A stretch of DNA of 64,000 bases from Harriotta raleighana. Taxonomy: Eukaryota. A program made the position numbers and the translations under genes. Location: NCBI GenBank assembly GCA_050575255.1, contig JBNZDD010013663.1, forward strand, positions 1,025,650 to 1,089,649. The letters are read 5' to 3'. The notes under the pieces were generated by a model. The model saw only the letters and a program-made list of their open reading frames with translations, was not told where the DNA came from and did not search any database. Positions 52,308 through 64,000 of the stretch are shown piece by piece; position 1 is the stretch's first letter, and every line of letters begins with the position of its first letter.

Positions 52308-54260
52308 ACAAAATTACATTTGTATAGTGCCTTTCATATCAGGAGGATGTCCTAAGGTGCTGGATAGTCAGTATATCAGACCCGAGCTGGGGTCGGGATT
52401 GTGGAGGGTGGAGGGAAAGGAGGGGATTTGGGATGACTGATGGGACTGAAGAAGAGGAGGGTTTTGAGGTGGGGCTTGAAGGAAGGGAGGGGGGTGGTAG
52501 GCGTATGGACTGCGATATAGAATTCCAGAGGTTAGGGGCAGAGTGGCTGAAGGCTCGCCCACCGATGGTGGGGTGGGTGGTCGGGGGACATGGAGCAGTT
52601 TGGAGCACACTGAGCAGAGGGATTGGGCAGGTTGGTAGGGGGTTAGAAGGTCGCAAAGGTAGGGTGAGGCAAGGCAGTGGAGGCCTTTGAAGGCGAGGAC
52701 GAGGATCTTGAATTGAATCCTCTGGATGATGGGGAGCCAATGGAGACTGGCGAGAATGAGGGAGATGGGATTGCGGGAGCTTGGAGCGTTGGAGGACACG
52801 GGCCGCAGAGTTCTGGATGCTCCGCAGCCTAAGGAGGAAGGAATTGGAAAGGCCGACAAGCCTGGTATAGTTTAGCTGGATGTGATGAAGGCATGAAGGA
52901 GGGTTTAGGGGCCTGAGGGTTGAGGTAGCAGTGGAGTCGGGCAATGTTGCGGAGGTAAGGAAAGGCAGAGCGGGACATTTGAGGATCGAACAAGACAAGT
53001 ACGATCCTGACTGGCTTGGTTAAGGTTGAGTGTGCAACCATAGAGGGTGATGCTACCAGTGCCTGGTGTGTGAAGGTGCTGGCGCGAGCGAATCAGTAGG
53101 GCCTCGGTCTTATTGACATTCAACTGTAGAAAGTTAGCTCTCATACAGGACTTGATGTCCGACAGGCAGTCTGTCAGGACATGCAGTCTATCAGAACAGC
53201 AGTGGTCCTGGAATCGAGGGTAGAGTCAGAATGATAGAGTTGGGTGTCATCTGGATACATGTGGAAGTTGACTCCATGTCTGCAGATACTGTCACCAGGG
53301 GAGGGCATGTAGATATTGAAAAGTAGAGGGCCAAGGACAGAGCCCTGGGGGACTCCACAGGAGACAATGCAGGAGCTGGAGGAGAAGCCATTGATGGCAA
53401 CAATGTGGAGATGGTGAGTGAGTAAGAGTCGAACCAGGAGAGGGCAGGTCCGTGAAGATTGAGCTGGGAGGAGAGGCAGTGTAGGAGGATGGAGTGGTCG
53501 ACAGTATTGAAGGCAGCAGAGAGATCAAGGAGAACAAAGTGGCTGAAAAAGCCCTGAACACAGATATTTATTATGTGGTTTGAGACTTTGACCAGGGTTG
53601 TTTCCATGCTATGATTTTAGGGGTACAAAGAAGGAACTCAAGAAAGAAAGGAGCGGAGCTGAGAAGCAACAACTCGTTCCAAGACCTTATGGAGAGGAAT
53701 GGGAGGTTGTAGATGGGGTGGTAGCTGGAGAGTATTGATGTGTCCAGGGAAAGTTTTTTCAGGATAGAGGTGATGACAGCTGTTTTAAGAGGGGTGGGAA
53801 CAGTGCCAGTGGATAGGAAGAGATTGATGATGTCAGTTTGGAGGGGGGGCTACGAGGTGAAGCTGAGAGATGAGGAGAGAGGGATGGGGTCGATAGAGCA
53901 GGTGGTGGGTTTCATTTTCCAGATGAGAGCAGAGAGGGTGGAGAAGAGATAGGATCAAAGGTGTGTAGTGAGTGATGCGTGGATCTTGATGGAGAGGTAA
54001 TGGGGAGATAGTGGTGGCTGAGTGAATCCCCTCGATTTTTGATTAGAGGAAGTCTAACATCTCCTCGCGTTGAAATTGGTATGCGCGATGGAGAATCTAA
54101 AGAGAGGAGCAGAGGGAGACTGTGGGACAGTCAAGCAGGGACAGGAGAAGGGGCGGTCGGAGGGAGAGGAGTGTTGATCAGGAGTAGTGGAGTGTTGGGG
54201 AAGGAAGGTTAAAAGATGAAGTATAAAGGAAGGAAGCATTTTAATAATGTTTGTGAAAGC
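52308..54260 (-). mobile_element. L2 LINE, about 1.9-kb 3' part with a frameshifted reverse transcriptase
   Basis: [72 protein letters not shown]; L2 tail at about 52310-52360. Confidence 0.95.
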
Positions 54261-55151
54261 AGCAGAGGGATCGGTATTAGGAGGCCATTAACAAAAGTAT
54301 CACTGGATATTATTTACTTATTGACTATGATTTAAGTCATTCGAGGTTTATGTACACTGCACCATATGGTTGCAGGTTTAACAGCTATCAGTTATATGCT
54401 CTGTCAAATGCTACACTTTTCAATTTATCTGAAGTGGATGCAGATCAATAGCTCATATTCCTTAGTAATAATTAGTTTCTCTGTAGTGCAGCTGTTGTGC
54501 CCCCATGAATTCAGTTAACTTCATATTATGCTATAAACTGATGGATCACAATCATTGCCTCAGACCCCTAAGTTGAGCATTAAGAGAAAATAGCAGGAAT
54601 ATGAGTGGATGGGTTAAAAAAAACACACAAATGCGCTAACTGGAGATTGACACAGCTTTATATTCATGCAGATGGGGAAGTCGTAAATCTAACCATTTCA
54701 CGTCTAGGTAGAAAGTAACAGAGAAAAATTTAAGTAAATTATACCGCGGCTGAGTAAGAATTTTCGAAAAGAATGCAAAATACAGCAGTGGGAGAACGGC
54801 TTCAAGAGCTGCAAAGCGTGAAGAGGTAATGGTTGAAGGAACACTAAAGGTGCCTCTGAATGACACCATAGCAGCTATCACAAGAAAGAAACCTTAAAGC
54901 ACAGAATGGGTGGATGCGGGTGTGATCTCTTTTGCTCAGTTTCTGAGAAACACCATGCCAGTAAAAGAGTCATCATCAAGGCCAGATGGTGGCTTTGGCA
55001 TCACTCATCAGAGAAGGAGATATTGGATGGGGGTAGTGGTGCCTGTGTAACATATTGTACGTAAACAACAACAGAATTATATTTGTTTAGCGCCTGTCAA
55101 GGCAATGAGCGTAAGAGAGCAATAAGTGGGGTTGGTGCAGATGGCTTTTCT

Positions 55152-55510
55152 AATAATAATAATTCTTGCATTTGATATAGCGCCTTATCACGTCTTTGAG
55201 AAATCTGAAAGAGCTTGACAGAATATACTGTAAAGTGAATTGACTATGTTTTGTGGGGAATCGTGGCAGCCAATTATGCAGAGCAGTGTCCCACATCAGT
55301 CATGGATTGAGTGACCACATGTTTTATTGTAAGAATTATTATCCTCGGAAAAGAAAATCTACTAATCGACTAACAACTGGGTTCCTGCTTACTTCTAGGT
55401 AAACAGAGGTGTGTGGAGTAACAAAACTTGCCGAACATTTTGCCTTGTTTTGAATCAAATCCAGATCCACTCGCTTGAGAGACAAAGTGCTCTAAGTTAC
55501 AGTACTCCAT
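55152..55510 (-). mobile_element. Long-form tRNA/Deu SINE
   Basis: Tail, core, the insert taatcgactaacaac..ggttcct..ggtaaacagagg, and the head. Confidence 0.85.
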
Positions 55511-56149
55511 TTTTCTGGGGGAGTTTGCAGCAGACTCAACACAATTGCCCTTTGCTAATCTCTGAAAAACCTCAGTGGTATAGAAATAATGCAAAAAGCT
55601 ATCAATAAAATGGCTTTGAATTCAGACGAGCATCCAATGTCACGAACAAACAAATAGGTATGTGCTAAGATATACCTGCAATGAAAGTTTCATATCAGCA
55701 AGCTGAGTATTTCCAACTTGCACCAGTGGAACAATTCTCAAGGTCTTTTAAGGGCAAAGTTTGCTGTGTCAGGAGAATAAGAAAGGCTTCATTTTTCAGT
55801 CGACTGAAAAGAAAATGAAACCTATTTTAAAACAGCAGAATACCATTTATTTTAATAGAATGGGAAATGTATGCAGTACATGCCAACACACTTCCACACA
55901 TTTATATAAAAAAAATTAAGGTTCAGAATCCTGACATTTTTCAGTATTAGCCTTAAAATTATTGCCTTAAAATGGTTGTGAAGAATTCTAAAATGAGTAA
56001 ATTCAGTGGGTATTGTGTATCTACAAATATAGAATGCAACAAATAATATAGTAGCCTGTGAAATTCTAGAATAAAGTACTTGTTAATATATATATATTTG
56101 TATTTAATATACTTCTGGCAATCTGACTGTGGCTTTTATTACTTTCAGG

Positions 56150-56432
56150 GGGTAATAATCCCTCCAAAGAATAAAACTCTGATCACTCAATCCACAACCG
56201 TTTGTGGGAAACTGCTGTGCACAATTTGCTGCTGCTTTTCACACACAAAATAAACACTTTACAATATATTTGTAAAGTTCTTTGAGATGTATCAACGATG
56301 TGATAACAACAACAACAACTTTGATTTATATAGCGCCCTTCACGCCGGACGGCATCTCAGAGTGCTTTAACTACAATGGATCCCGGGACCGAGCCAGGGG
56401 CAGGGGTAGAAAGGTGTCCGAAGTCGTGGTCG
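56150..56432. mobile_element. SINE 3' half (+) abutting an L2-type 3' end (-)
   Basis: Deu core at about 56190-56250; (aac)n tttgatttatatagcgccc from about 56305. Confidence 0.75.
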
Positions 56433-57044
56433 AAGAGAAAGGGAGGGGAGGAAACGGAGAGAGAGGGGGGGAATGGAGAGAAAGAGAGAGGGGGAGGAAT
56501 GAGATATGGGGAACGGGAGAGAAAGAGATAGGGGAACACATAATGGAGTGAGAGAGAGAGAGAGATAGGGGAAAGCATAATGGAGTGAGAGAGAGAAATG
56601 GCAGACAGGTTGCTGCAGAGAGAGAGAGAAAGAGGGAGGGAGAGAGAGGAAAGGGACGGTGGGGGACGGGACAGTTTTTGTATGATGGATTCAGACTGAA
56701 TATCTTTGAGGTTCTATGCCTGTCTGTGTGTGTGTCTGTCTGTCTGTGTGTCTATGTGTGTGTGTGTGTGTCTGTGCTGGCCGTTAGTCTAAACTCGATG
56801 CTTTTAGAAGTCGCGTTTTTTTTACTTCCCGTCGAATCAGTGCTGCAATTGCGAAATTAAGTATAAATAACCTACTAATAGAATATTCTGTTATTATTTA
56901 GTCCATTATTAATATGGTATGTGTTAAAATAATTTGTAATTTTTTGGACAAAATTATATTTAATAAAAAAAGTCTTTATAATTCCGTTCAACCGGAAAAA
57001 CCGTGGCCATGTCCCGTGGGTGCCGGATAAACAAGGTTTTACTG
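56433..57044. mobile_element. Half of a family-A Tigger-like element with GA-rich and (GT)n internal tracts
   Basis: Ends in the TIR gccggataaacaaggttttactg; internal block aatattctgttattatttagtc shared with the other family-A copies. Confidence 0.8.
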
Positions 57045-57536
57045 TTTAACCATACTGTATTACAATATTGTAACAGGCAGCAAAAGTGTAATATTTAAAA
57101 AGCAAAAATGTTATACAATTAAAACCAGATCGACTATGTAGCAGTAGAGATTGCTACACCTCATTGCAGCAGAAAGTGGGTTTGCTCTCAATTCCCCTCA
57201 TGACTAGTTCTCACTTTCCATCTCCACAGTGTATGAATGCCATGTACTTCTTTACAGATAAGTGAACAATCAGGAAGAAAAAACCCTCTAACCACTCTGA
57301 AACCATTGCTAATGGATAGTTACAGAGCAGATTTGTTGGGGAAGTCTGAACGTCAGCGGCTGGGGTAAGTAAAGAAGCAAGTGAGAGGAGAAAACAAAAC
57401 TGTAAAGAAGAAGAATACTTGCAATTATTATTGTGTGAAAGAATAGTTCACATAATAATAAAATAATAATAATGCTTGCATTTGATATATCACCTTATCA
57501 CGTCTTCAAGACGTTTAAAGAGCTTCACAGAATATA

Positions 57537-58185
57537 CAATAGACCCTCGTCGAACGCGGGATTATGTTCTTGGAAAAACAGCGCACTCAGTAAAATCGTG
57601 TTTGGTAAGCTTAATAAGTAATGGGGAAAAAAGGGTTAGGGGAAATCCATCTACAGGCTATCCAACCTCAAGCCTTCAGGCACATCCACACCCGAGCAAC
57701 GCAAGGTACGTACTGAGGCAGGCTACAGCCGGCTAGCCAGCTTGTCATTTTCCCCGCTTTTACTGACTCACTGGAGACGATAGAACAGCACCTTACACTA
57801 CCACAGCTTGACTAAATTATTTTACCTTTGGTCCTCAAAATGTTAGGAGACTCTCTCTCTCTGTCTCTTCTGTTTAATGCCATCAGGTTGCTCCGCGGCC
57901 AAGGAATCATCGGACTTAGGCGGGAACTGGTGGTGTCCTCCCAAGTGTGCATTGAGCGCGGGGCTGATGTCCTCCCAAATGCACATGCATGCGGGGCCAG
58001 TCAGCCGAGGAATCATTGGACTTAGTCGGGAGCTGCCAGCATCCTCCCAAATGCGCATGCGCGTGGGGCCAGCCAGCGCATGTACGCAAATTTTACTTGT
58101 GTTATGCAAAAAAGTGCTGCATTTGTTTCTTCGCGAATAGGTGAATCCGCAGTTGAGAAAGTCGTGTTCAGCAAGGGTTTGACTG
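57537..58185. mobile_element. Tigger-like MITE (family C) inserted in a SINE
   Basis: TA-caatagaccctcgtcgaacgcg ... cgtgttcagcaagggtttgactg-TA; the flanks rejoin as SINE cacagaata-TA-..aaagtgaatt; internal imperfect tandem repeat at about 57895-58080. Confidence 0.8.
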
Positions 58186-59181
58186 TATTGTAATAATAAA
58201 AGTGAATTCACTCTGTAATTTGTGGGCGAAGGCAGCTTGAGTGATCACATTTTTATTCTTTTAAAATTTATATTTCTTTGTAGGGATAACTCCACTGAGT
58301 ACATTTCTTTCCCAGAATTTGTTGAAGATGCTTACGATTGTGGTATAAACTTATCAAGTCTATAATAATAATACTAATAAAAAAGTCCATATGGAGTTAG
58401 ACCAAAAATAACCAACACCTTTGGAGAAAGAAAATCCCCCATGTCTGCAGCAGAAAAATGTTGAATAGCACAAAAAATAATCTCCAGTGATGGTAACTGA
58501 ACAAAACCAATGTCTGGTAAGATATTTCGCCTACAAAATGTCTTAGCTTTTGTCATTAATCACAATTAATGGATACATTTTGTACACAGAAGATTATACT
58601 GTTATTTGTGGCATTCAGGCAACAATCCCAGAAGTAAAGTTCTAGAGACTTGAAAATATTGAATACTCTTAATATTTTTAAGATTATTATATTAAGTTTA
58701 TGATTTTGCAGAATTAAAAAAATTCTTAATATATTAATCCTATTTATAAATAAAGTTTCTGCAGTTCTTTAATACATTACAGTGCTGGTTCAGATTTATA
58801 CTTTGAATAGCGTGAGGTGCCTGAATTGAGGTGGCAAATCAGCTGGCTGGGAGCACACACTGTGAAAATGTCTACAAAAGGAAAGACTAGATTTTTATAA
58901 TTCCAATATCTGTCTTATAGCGACACTGCACTGCACCCAAAACAAACTACCTTCCTGCCTAAATTAAATCTTTGCCTTCTTACAGGTTTCTTTTTATGTT
59001 GCTTTTGTAAGCATCCAGCTACAGTCAGACTTTGCTTTATCGCACTTCATAAATAAGTCCAGTTGCATAATGGACCCAGAGCACACACGGAATGAAGTAT
59101 ACTGTACTTCTACTCCTGCCACACAGTGCAAAGGCACAGAATCCCTCCAGGTGTTCAAGCACCACTGGAGACTCTCATGTA

Positions 59182-59618
59182 CAATAAAACCTTGTTTTTC
59201 CGTGTCTCGAATAATCGGAAAACCCGTTCAACCGTCATCTCAAAAGAAAGTCCCGATTCGATTAACTGGAAGTTATTCGGCGAATAGTGATGACGCGTTT
59301 AATGTTGGGTCTAAATGCCTTCCTGCTCCTTTTAAAAATCCCGTTTTTTTAAATCTCGTTTGAATGAGTGCCTGTCGTTGCGAAGTTAAGTATACAGTAC
59401 ATAATAAATACTGTTGCAGGTAGCGGCCAGAGAGAGAGGGAGGAGGTGTATGGAGAAATGGAGGAAACAGAGAGAGAGGGAGAGGGGGTGGAGAGATGAG
59501 GGAAAGGGAGAGAGAGAAAGATGGGGGAAAGCATAATAGAGCGAGAGAGAGAGAGTGATGGCAGGCAGGTTGATGCAGAGAGATTGAGAGGGAGGGAGAG
59601 AGAGGAAAGGGAGAGATA
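59182..59618. mobile_element. Other half of a family-A Tigger-like element
   Basis: TA-caataaaaccttgtttttccg; the start is the reverse complement of about 28240-28360; GA-rich part similar to 56433-56660. Confidence 0.8.
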
Positions 59619-60209
59619 TTCAGTTTATTTGGAAGCTTTACAATTTGATTACATCTCAGTAACCTGTAAATAAAATTCCAAGTTAATAAGCTATTCAATA
59701 GTATTTGAAACTCCTCTATTTCTGTCTGAGTCACTGATCTCAAAACAGTGTAATTCCATTTGATCTCTCATTGATTCTTCCTTCAATATTTTTTGTGACA
59801 TTTTAATTACTTCACACAATATTGTTCCATTCGATCAGGTTTAGGACAACTCAGTTATATAACACGTTCAACCATGTCCAATGTTTCAGCCCCAAAATTA
59901 CACTGAATAGCAGAGTAATAGCTAACTTCCAGCTCGTCAATTTCACTTCCTGCAGGGAGCACATTTTGTGCTGATGTCACTTCACTTCCTTCATAACACC
60001 ACTTCCTGCACATACCATATTATGCAGTTACTGCAACTGATCCTGTTCACCCAAGTAAGGCAGCCTATTAGATATTAATTAGGAGCTGTGGAGTATGTTG
60101 GTTGATTTTATTTCTCCCCAACCCCATCACATTGAAGTTGATTGTAGAGTCTCACTGTCATCCTAGTTGAGAAGGGCTCAATAGGCAAAGGACTTCTTGA
60201 ATTATAATA

Positions 60210-60667
60210 ATTATCCCAATAATCCTTGCATTGCTCTGTCAAATCCTTGACTTGCTCTGTCAAAGAGCTGGCACAGACTCGATGGGCCGAATGGCCTCCT
60301 TCTGTGCCTTAACATTCTATGATTTGACATAGCGCTTTATCACGTCTTTAAGACATCCAAAGCATTTAACAGAATATACTCAAGTGAATTGACTATACAG
60401 TATATTCTTTGGGCAAAACGGAGCAGTCAATTGCGCACATCAATGTCCCAAAAACAGCTGGGGATTGAGTGACCAATTTATTATGGCAAGGAATTGTTGC
60501 CCTTGGAAAAGCAATCCGTCAATCATCTAACAACCAGTTCCTACTTCTGAGTAAACAGAGACGTGTGAAGTAAGGAAACTTGCCCAACATTTTGCACCGT
60601 TAGGAATCAAACCCAAGTCTCTAGATTACGAAGCAAGTGCTCTAACCACTGAGCTACAAGACTTCAC
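60210..60667 (-). mobile_element. Long-form SINE with a CR1 tail (+, about 60232-60323) inserted in its 3' end
   Basis: The SINE tail aatccttgcatt|tgacatagcgc is split by gctctgtcaaagagctggcacagactcgatgggccgaatggcctcc..attctatgatt. Confidence 0.85.
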
Positions 60668-61254
60668 TTATTACTAAATTAAGCAGTGGATTAAGAGATT
60701 GGGGGAACAACTACATGCCATCTCTAAACAACATTTTAACCACTGTTTTTAGACATAAATTCATGTAAATAGCTTTCACTCAGTGCTTTTGGTCCATAAT
60801 TTTTTTTTTCTACATTTTCCTTCCTTCTCTCTCTATTCCCTACTTATTTTAGAGTTTCCAGATCCTCACCCTCACACATAATTCCTTCATGTCTTAGCAC
60901 ATCCCTGTCTCTTTGATCTCCTACTCTATTCCTCTGCTTGGCTAACAGAGTTGCTGCACATTCACTGCCTTCCAATGGTGACAGATCCTTCAGATACAAT
61001 GTCCCACTCTGGAACTCCCTCACTATCGCATTGAAATGCTATCCTCCGTGGAGGGTGCTATATAAATACACCTGAAATTCTAGTGCAAATACAAGCGCAT
61101 TTCACATACAGTATTTTACAACAAACCGATTTGAGCCCAAATACCTTTTTATTAAGATTAAACAACTTGCAATTTAAACAAGTTCAATGCCATTCAACAA
61201 ATTTGTTTAGTCTTGTGAAAACAATCAAGAATTGTGTTGAACAATTTTGCAGTT

Positions 61255-61520
61255 TTGAACGTGTTGTAGATTTATTTCTTCCCGCCCCCTTCCCCAAACC
61301 CAGTGAAAATGACCAGAGACACAATGAAAGAGAAAGATCTTGAGACAGGTCTTGAAAGGAGGCAAGGGAGGGGGCGAAATGAAGTGAGGCTGGGGATAGA
61401 AAAGATGGAAAGCCTGACCGCCAATGGTGGGTGGACAGGTAGGAGACATGGAGCAGGCCAGTCCCTGCCAAGCAGAGGGATTGGGATGGTTGATAAGGAA
61501 ATCCTTTACATTGGTTAATT
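61255..61520 (-). mobile_element. L2 3' fragment
   Basis: GLLHVS, PTIGGQAF and APSLASF remnants. Confidence 0.7.
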
Positions 61521-61609
61521 ACATAAATAGGAGAATTTGTAATTTCCTTATCCATGGAATGTGATACACCTCTATTTACATATTGTGTAATGGATCCTAA
61601 CATTAACGC

Positions 61610-61820
61610 CTAATAATAATCTCTCCAACAAAAACAATAATAAAATTGGTCATTTCAATCCATGACTATTTGTGGGACAATGCTGTGCGCAATTGGCTAC
61701 CACGTTTCATCCACAAGTATACAGTTAATTCACTTTACAGCATATTTTGTGAAGCACTTTGAGACGTCTAGTTGTGGAAAGTGCTACATCAAATGCAAGG
61801 ATTATTATTATTTTATTATT
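61610..61820 (+). mobile_element. SINE 3' two-thirds
   Basis: Deu core tgctgtgcgcaattggct and a (tta)n tail. Confidence 0.85.
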
Positions 61821-62284
61821 CTAAAAGGAGTATTAAGATTCATCTCTTAGTACAATCATCATTGAATGGGACAGTACATTCTGGGATCTACAATAAATCT
61901 TGCAAATTGAAAAATATGTTTTCATTAGTGAGAAAAGATTACTCAAAATTGGAAGAAAAATCATATTCAGCATAAAAAAATGTGATATAACATTTAATTG
62001 CTGCATACTTCTTTCTAAAACTCGGTCACAAGCAATTTCTGAATAATATCTCCATTAAAAGATATATCAGGTCTTGCTAAGCATATTGTTTGTTTAGTGA
62101 ATTGAAGGGTGTTTTACAAGAAGATTCAAATGGTCATTAGTTGTACAATTAGCTGTATGTTTTCATATTTGCCCATTGAGAGAAGAGTTTCACCATGTGT
62201 CATGGCCAACAATTCCACAGATACAATCACTCAATCACTTCATTATTGTGTGCAAAATTGGCTACTGCATTTGCTCACAAATCA

Positions 62285-62597
62285 CCAGATAGAGGCGCAG
62301 TTCTTTGGATGAGATGTTAAACTGAGGTTCCATTAATCTGTTCAGGTGGATACTAAAATCCCATGGCATTATTCGAAAAAAGAAGGGAGTTTGTCCCAGT
62401 GTTCAGGCAAACAATACCCAGAATAAAATTGGTCACCCATCACTGTTTGAGAGACATTGTTGTTTGCAACTGGCTGCCAACATTCACCCACAAAATATAT
62501 AGTCAATCTACTCTGCAGTGTACCCTGTAAAGAGCTTTGAGACATCTCAACAATGTGATCAGCCACCATATCAAATACAAGGAATATTATTATTATA
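62285..62597 (+). mobile_element. Older Deu-type SINE
   Basis: ggatgagatgttaaactgagg..tcaggtggat..aaaatcccatggcattattcgaa, then the tail. Confidence 0.8.
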
Positions 62598-63094
62598 TTG
62601 TAATGAATTATCTGGATAAAATATTCAAACGTTGCTGTATTATATTTTAGGAACTATCCTTCTGCCAAAGTTCACTGCAGACAAGCGATAAGCAAAAAAG
62701 GTAGTGATACCTGGAGGAGCAGGTTACTAGGTCATCATAACAATAATGCAAGAAGCTGCGTATTGGTGATGGGAGACTTAACTGTGTTGTACTGACAATA
62801 CAGAGAATAATACAGGACAAGCACTATATGCAACTGAACCAGAAGGCATTTATACTCCATCTCAATGATTAATATTGTGGACGTTTGAAGCTGAAATGAT
62901 TCTGAAAACACTTTTCAAAAGCTGACATTCAAGTGTGCATGTATCCTACTTTTGATAGCCTTAGGATATGATTTTGTACAACAATGGGTCAGGCTCTACC
63001 TCACTGCTGCAAATAATACCAGTTAACATGGCATTTGCCCTAGAAGATTGGCTTTACATAGTAAATATTGGTTCACAGTAACGCAATGAACCAT

Positions 63095-63515
63095 AGAAAT
63101 GATAGCATACAAGAAGGCCATTCAGACCATCCACCATGCCTTCACTGGCTCTTTTAAAAAGCAATCCTATCAGTCATACTTACCTGCTTGTCCCCATATC
63201 CTGACTTTCCTCAGGGCTCTTCCTTGGTCCTCCTTTTTCATATTTACATGCTCCCGCTCGGTGATATTATCCGAAGGCAAGAGATTAACCTCCACATGTA
63301 TGCAGATTGAACCCAACTCTATCTATCTGCCTCCATCCTCGTCTCCGGGACGACTGAGGTCTTACAGATTGCCTGTCAGATTTCAATTCCTGAGAGTCAA
63401 TTTTCTTCCGTTGAATGTTGACAAGACAGAAGCCCTGTTGCTTGGCTCCCATCAGCGCCTCCTCAATTTAGGCACGAACAGCATCACTATTCATGGTTGG
63501 ACACTCCACCTCATC
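63095..63515. mobile_element. CR1-like tail (-) followed by an L2 RT fragment (+)
   Basis: gaaggccattcagaccatc; then [10 protein letters not shown]-like sequence and NFLPLNVDKTEALLLGS. Confidence 0.75.
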
Positions 63516-64000
63516 CAAAAAAGGGAACGCAGTTCTCCCCCTATCCTACATGGTAATGTCATCTTTTTGTAGAACTGCAAGTTGCAGGAAATTTTCAGGT
63601 GATTTAGAAATACAGTATGAAATGCAAAGTGCAAAATGGTTGACCGAATCACCAGTTATTCCTGGCACAGTGATTTTAAATAATTTTACTAAACTGGCCA
63701 TCTGAAACATGAAAGGCAATTGATAGGTTGTATTGATTACTAATTGCAGCACAAACCTAAAATACAATTTCAGCAAAAAAATCAGAAAATGGTATATGTC
63801 CTTTATTCTCACATCACCATTTTGTTATTTAATGCTGCAGCTTTGCTTTCATGCTCACACTCCAACTATGTACCTCTACAATCTGATTTTGTATGACAGT
63901 ACCGTAGCAACCACACATTGAGATAAAATGGAGGAAGCACTAGCTTTCTTTCCAGTCATTGATAGATTATTTTCTTAAACACAATAACAACAACACTTGA

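Larger units (their letters stand above)
9224..64000 (-). other. TRAPPC9: Large TRAPPC9 intron (upstream exon lies outside the window)
   Basis: By eye I found no segment encoding the expected preceding peptide (..EHLQLAPLQW). TRAPPC9 is known for very large introns. Confidence 0.75.

Noticed and set aside
52339-53607. Longest ORFs in the window (up to 219 aa)
   Set aside because: Frameshifted fragments of a dead L2 reverse transcriptase; no intact or domesticated gene.
9224-64000. PEG13-like imprinted CpG island within TRAPPC9
   Set aside because: No CpG island is visible outside transposons, and PEG13 is known as a mammalian feature.

Overview
AT-rich, repeat-dense vertebrate genomic DNA. 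The repeat content (tRNA-headed Deu-domain SINEs with L2-type tails, CR1 and L2 LINEs) points to a cartilaginous fish, probably a chimaera such as the elephant shark; this is an inference. The only protein-coding gene I can support is TRAPPC9 (NIBP) on the minus strand. Its last two coding exons are at 9000-9223 and 5858-6037, with canonical splice sites, and its 3' UTR probably ends near 4550. I found no further TRAPPC9 exon in 9224-64000, so that stretch appears to be one intron of more than 54 kb. It is filled with SINEs, decayed L2 and CR1 fragments, TA-inserting Tigger/pogo-like MITEs and unique stretches that may be regulatory. Two single-N positions mark adjacent duplications that are probably assembly artefacts. 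Almost all other ORFs in the track are spurious or come from transposons. I see no convincing new multi-gene system. The best leads are a CR1 with ORF1 joined directly to its 3' end, a MITE family carrying NRF1 palindromes, a young chimeric SINE, an antisense exon-like segment, two hairpins and an ETS/IRF motif cluster. Repeat boundaries were read by eye and are approximate.
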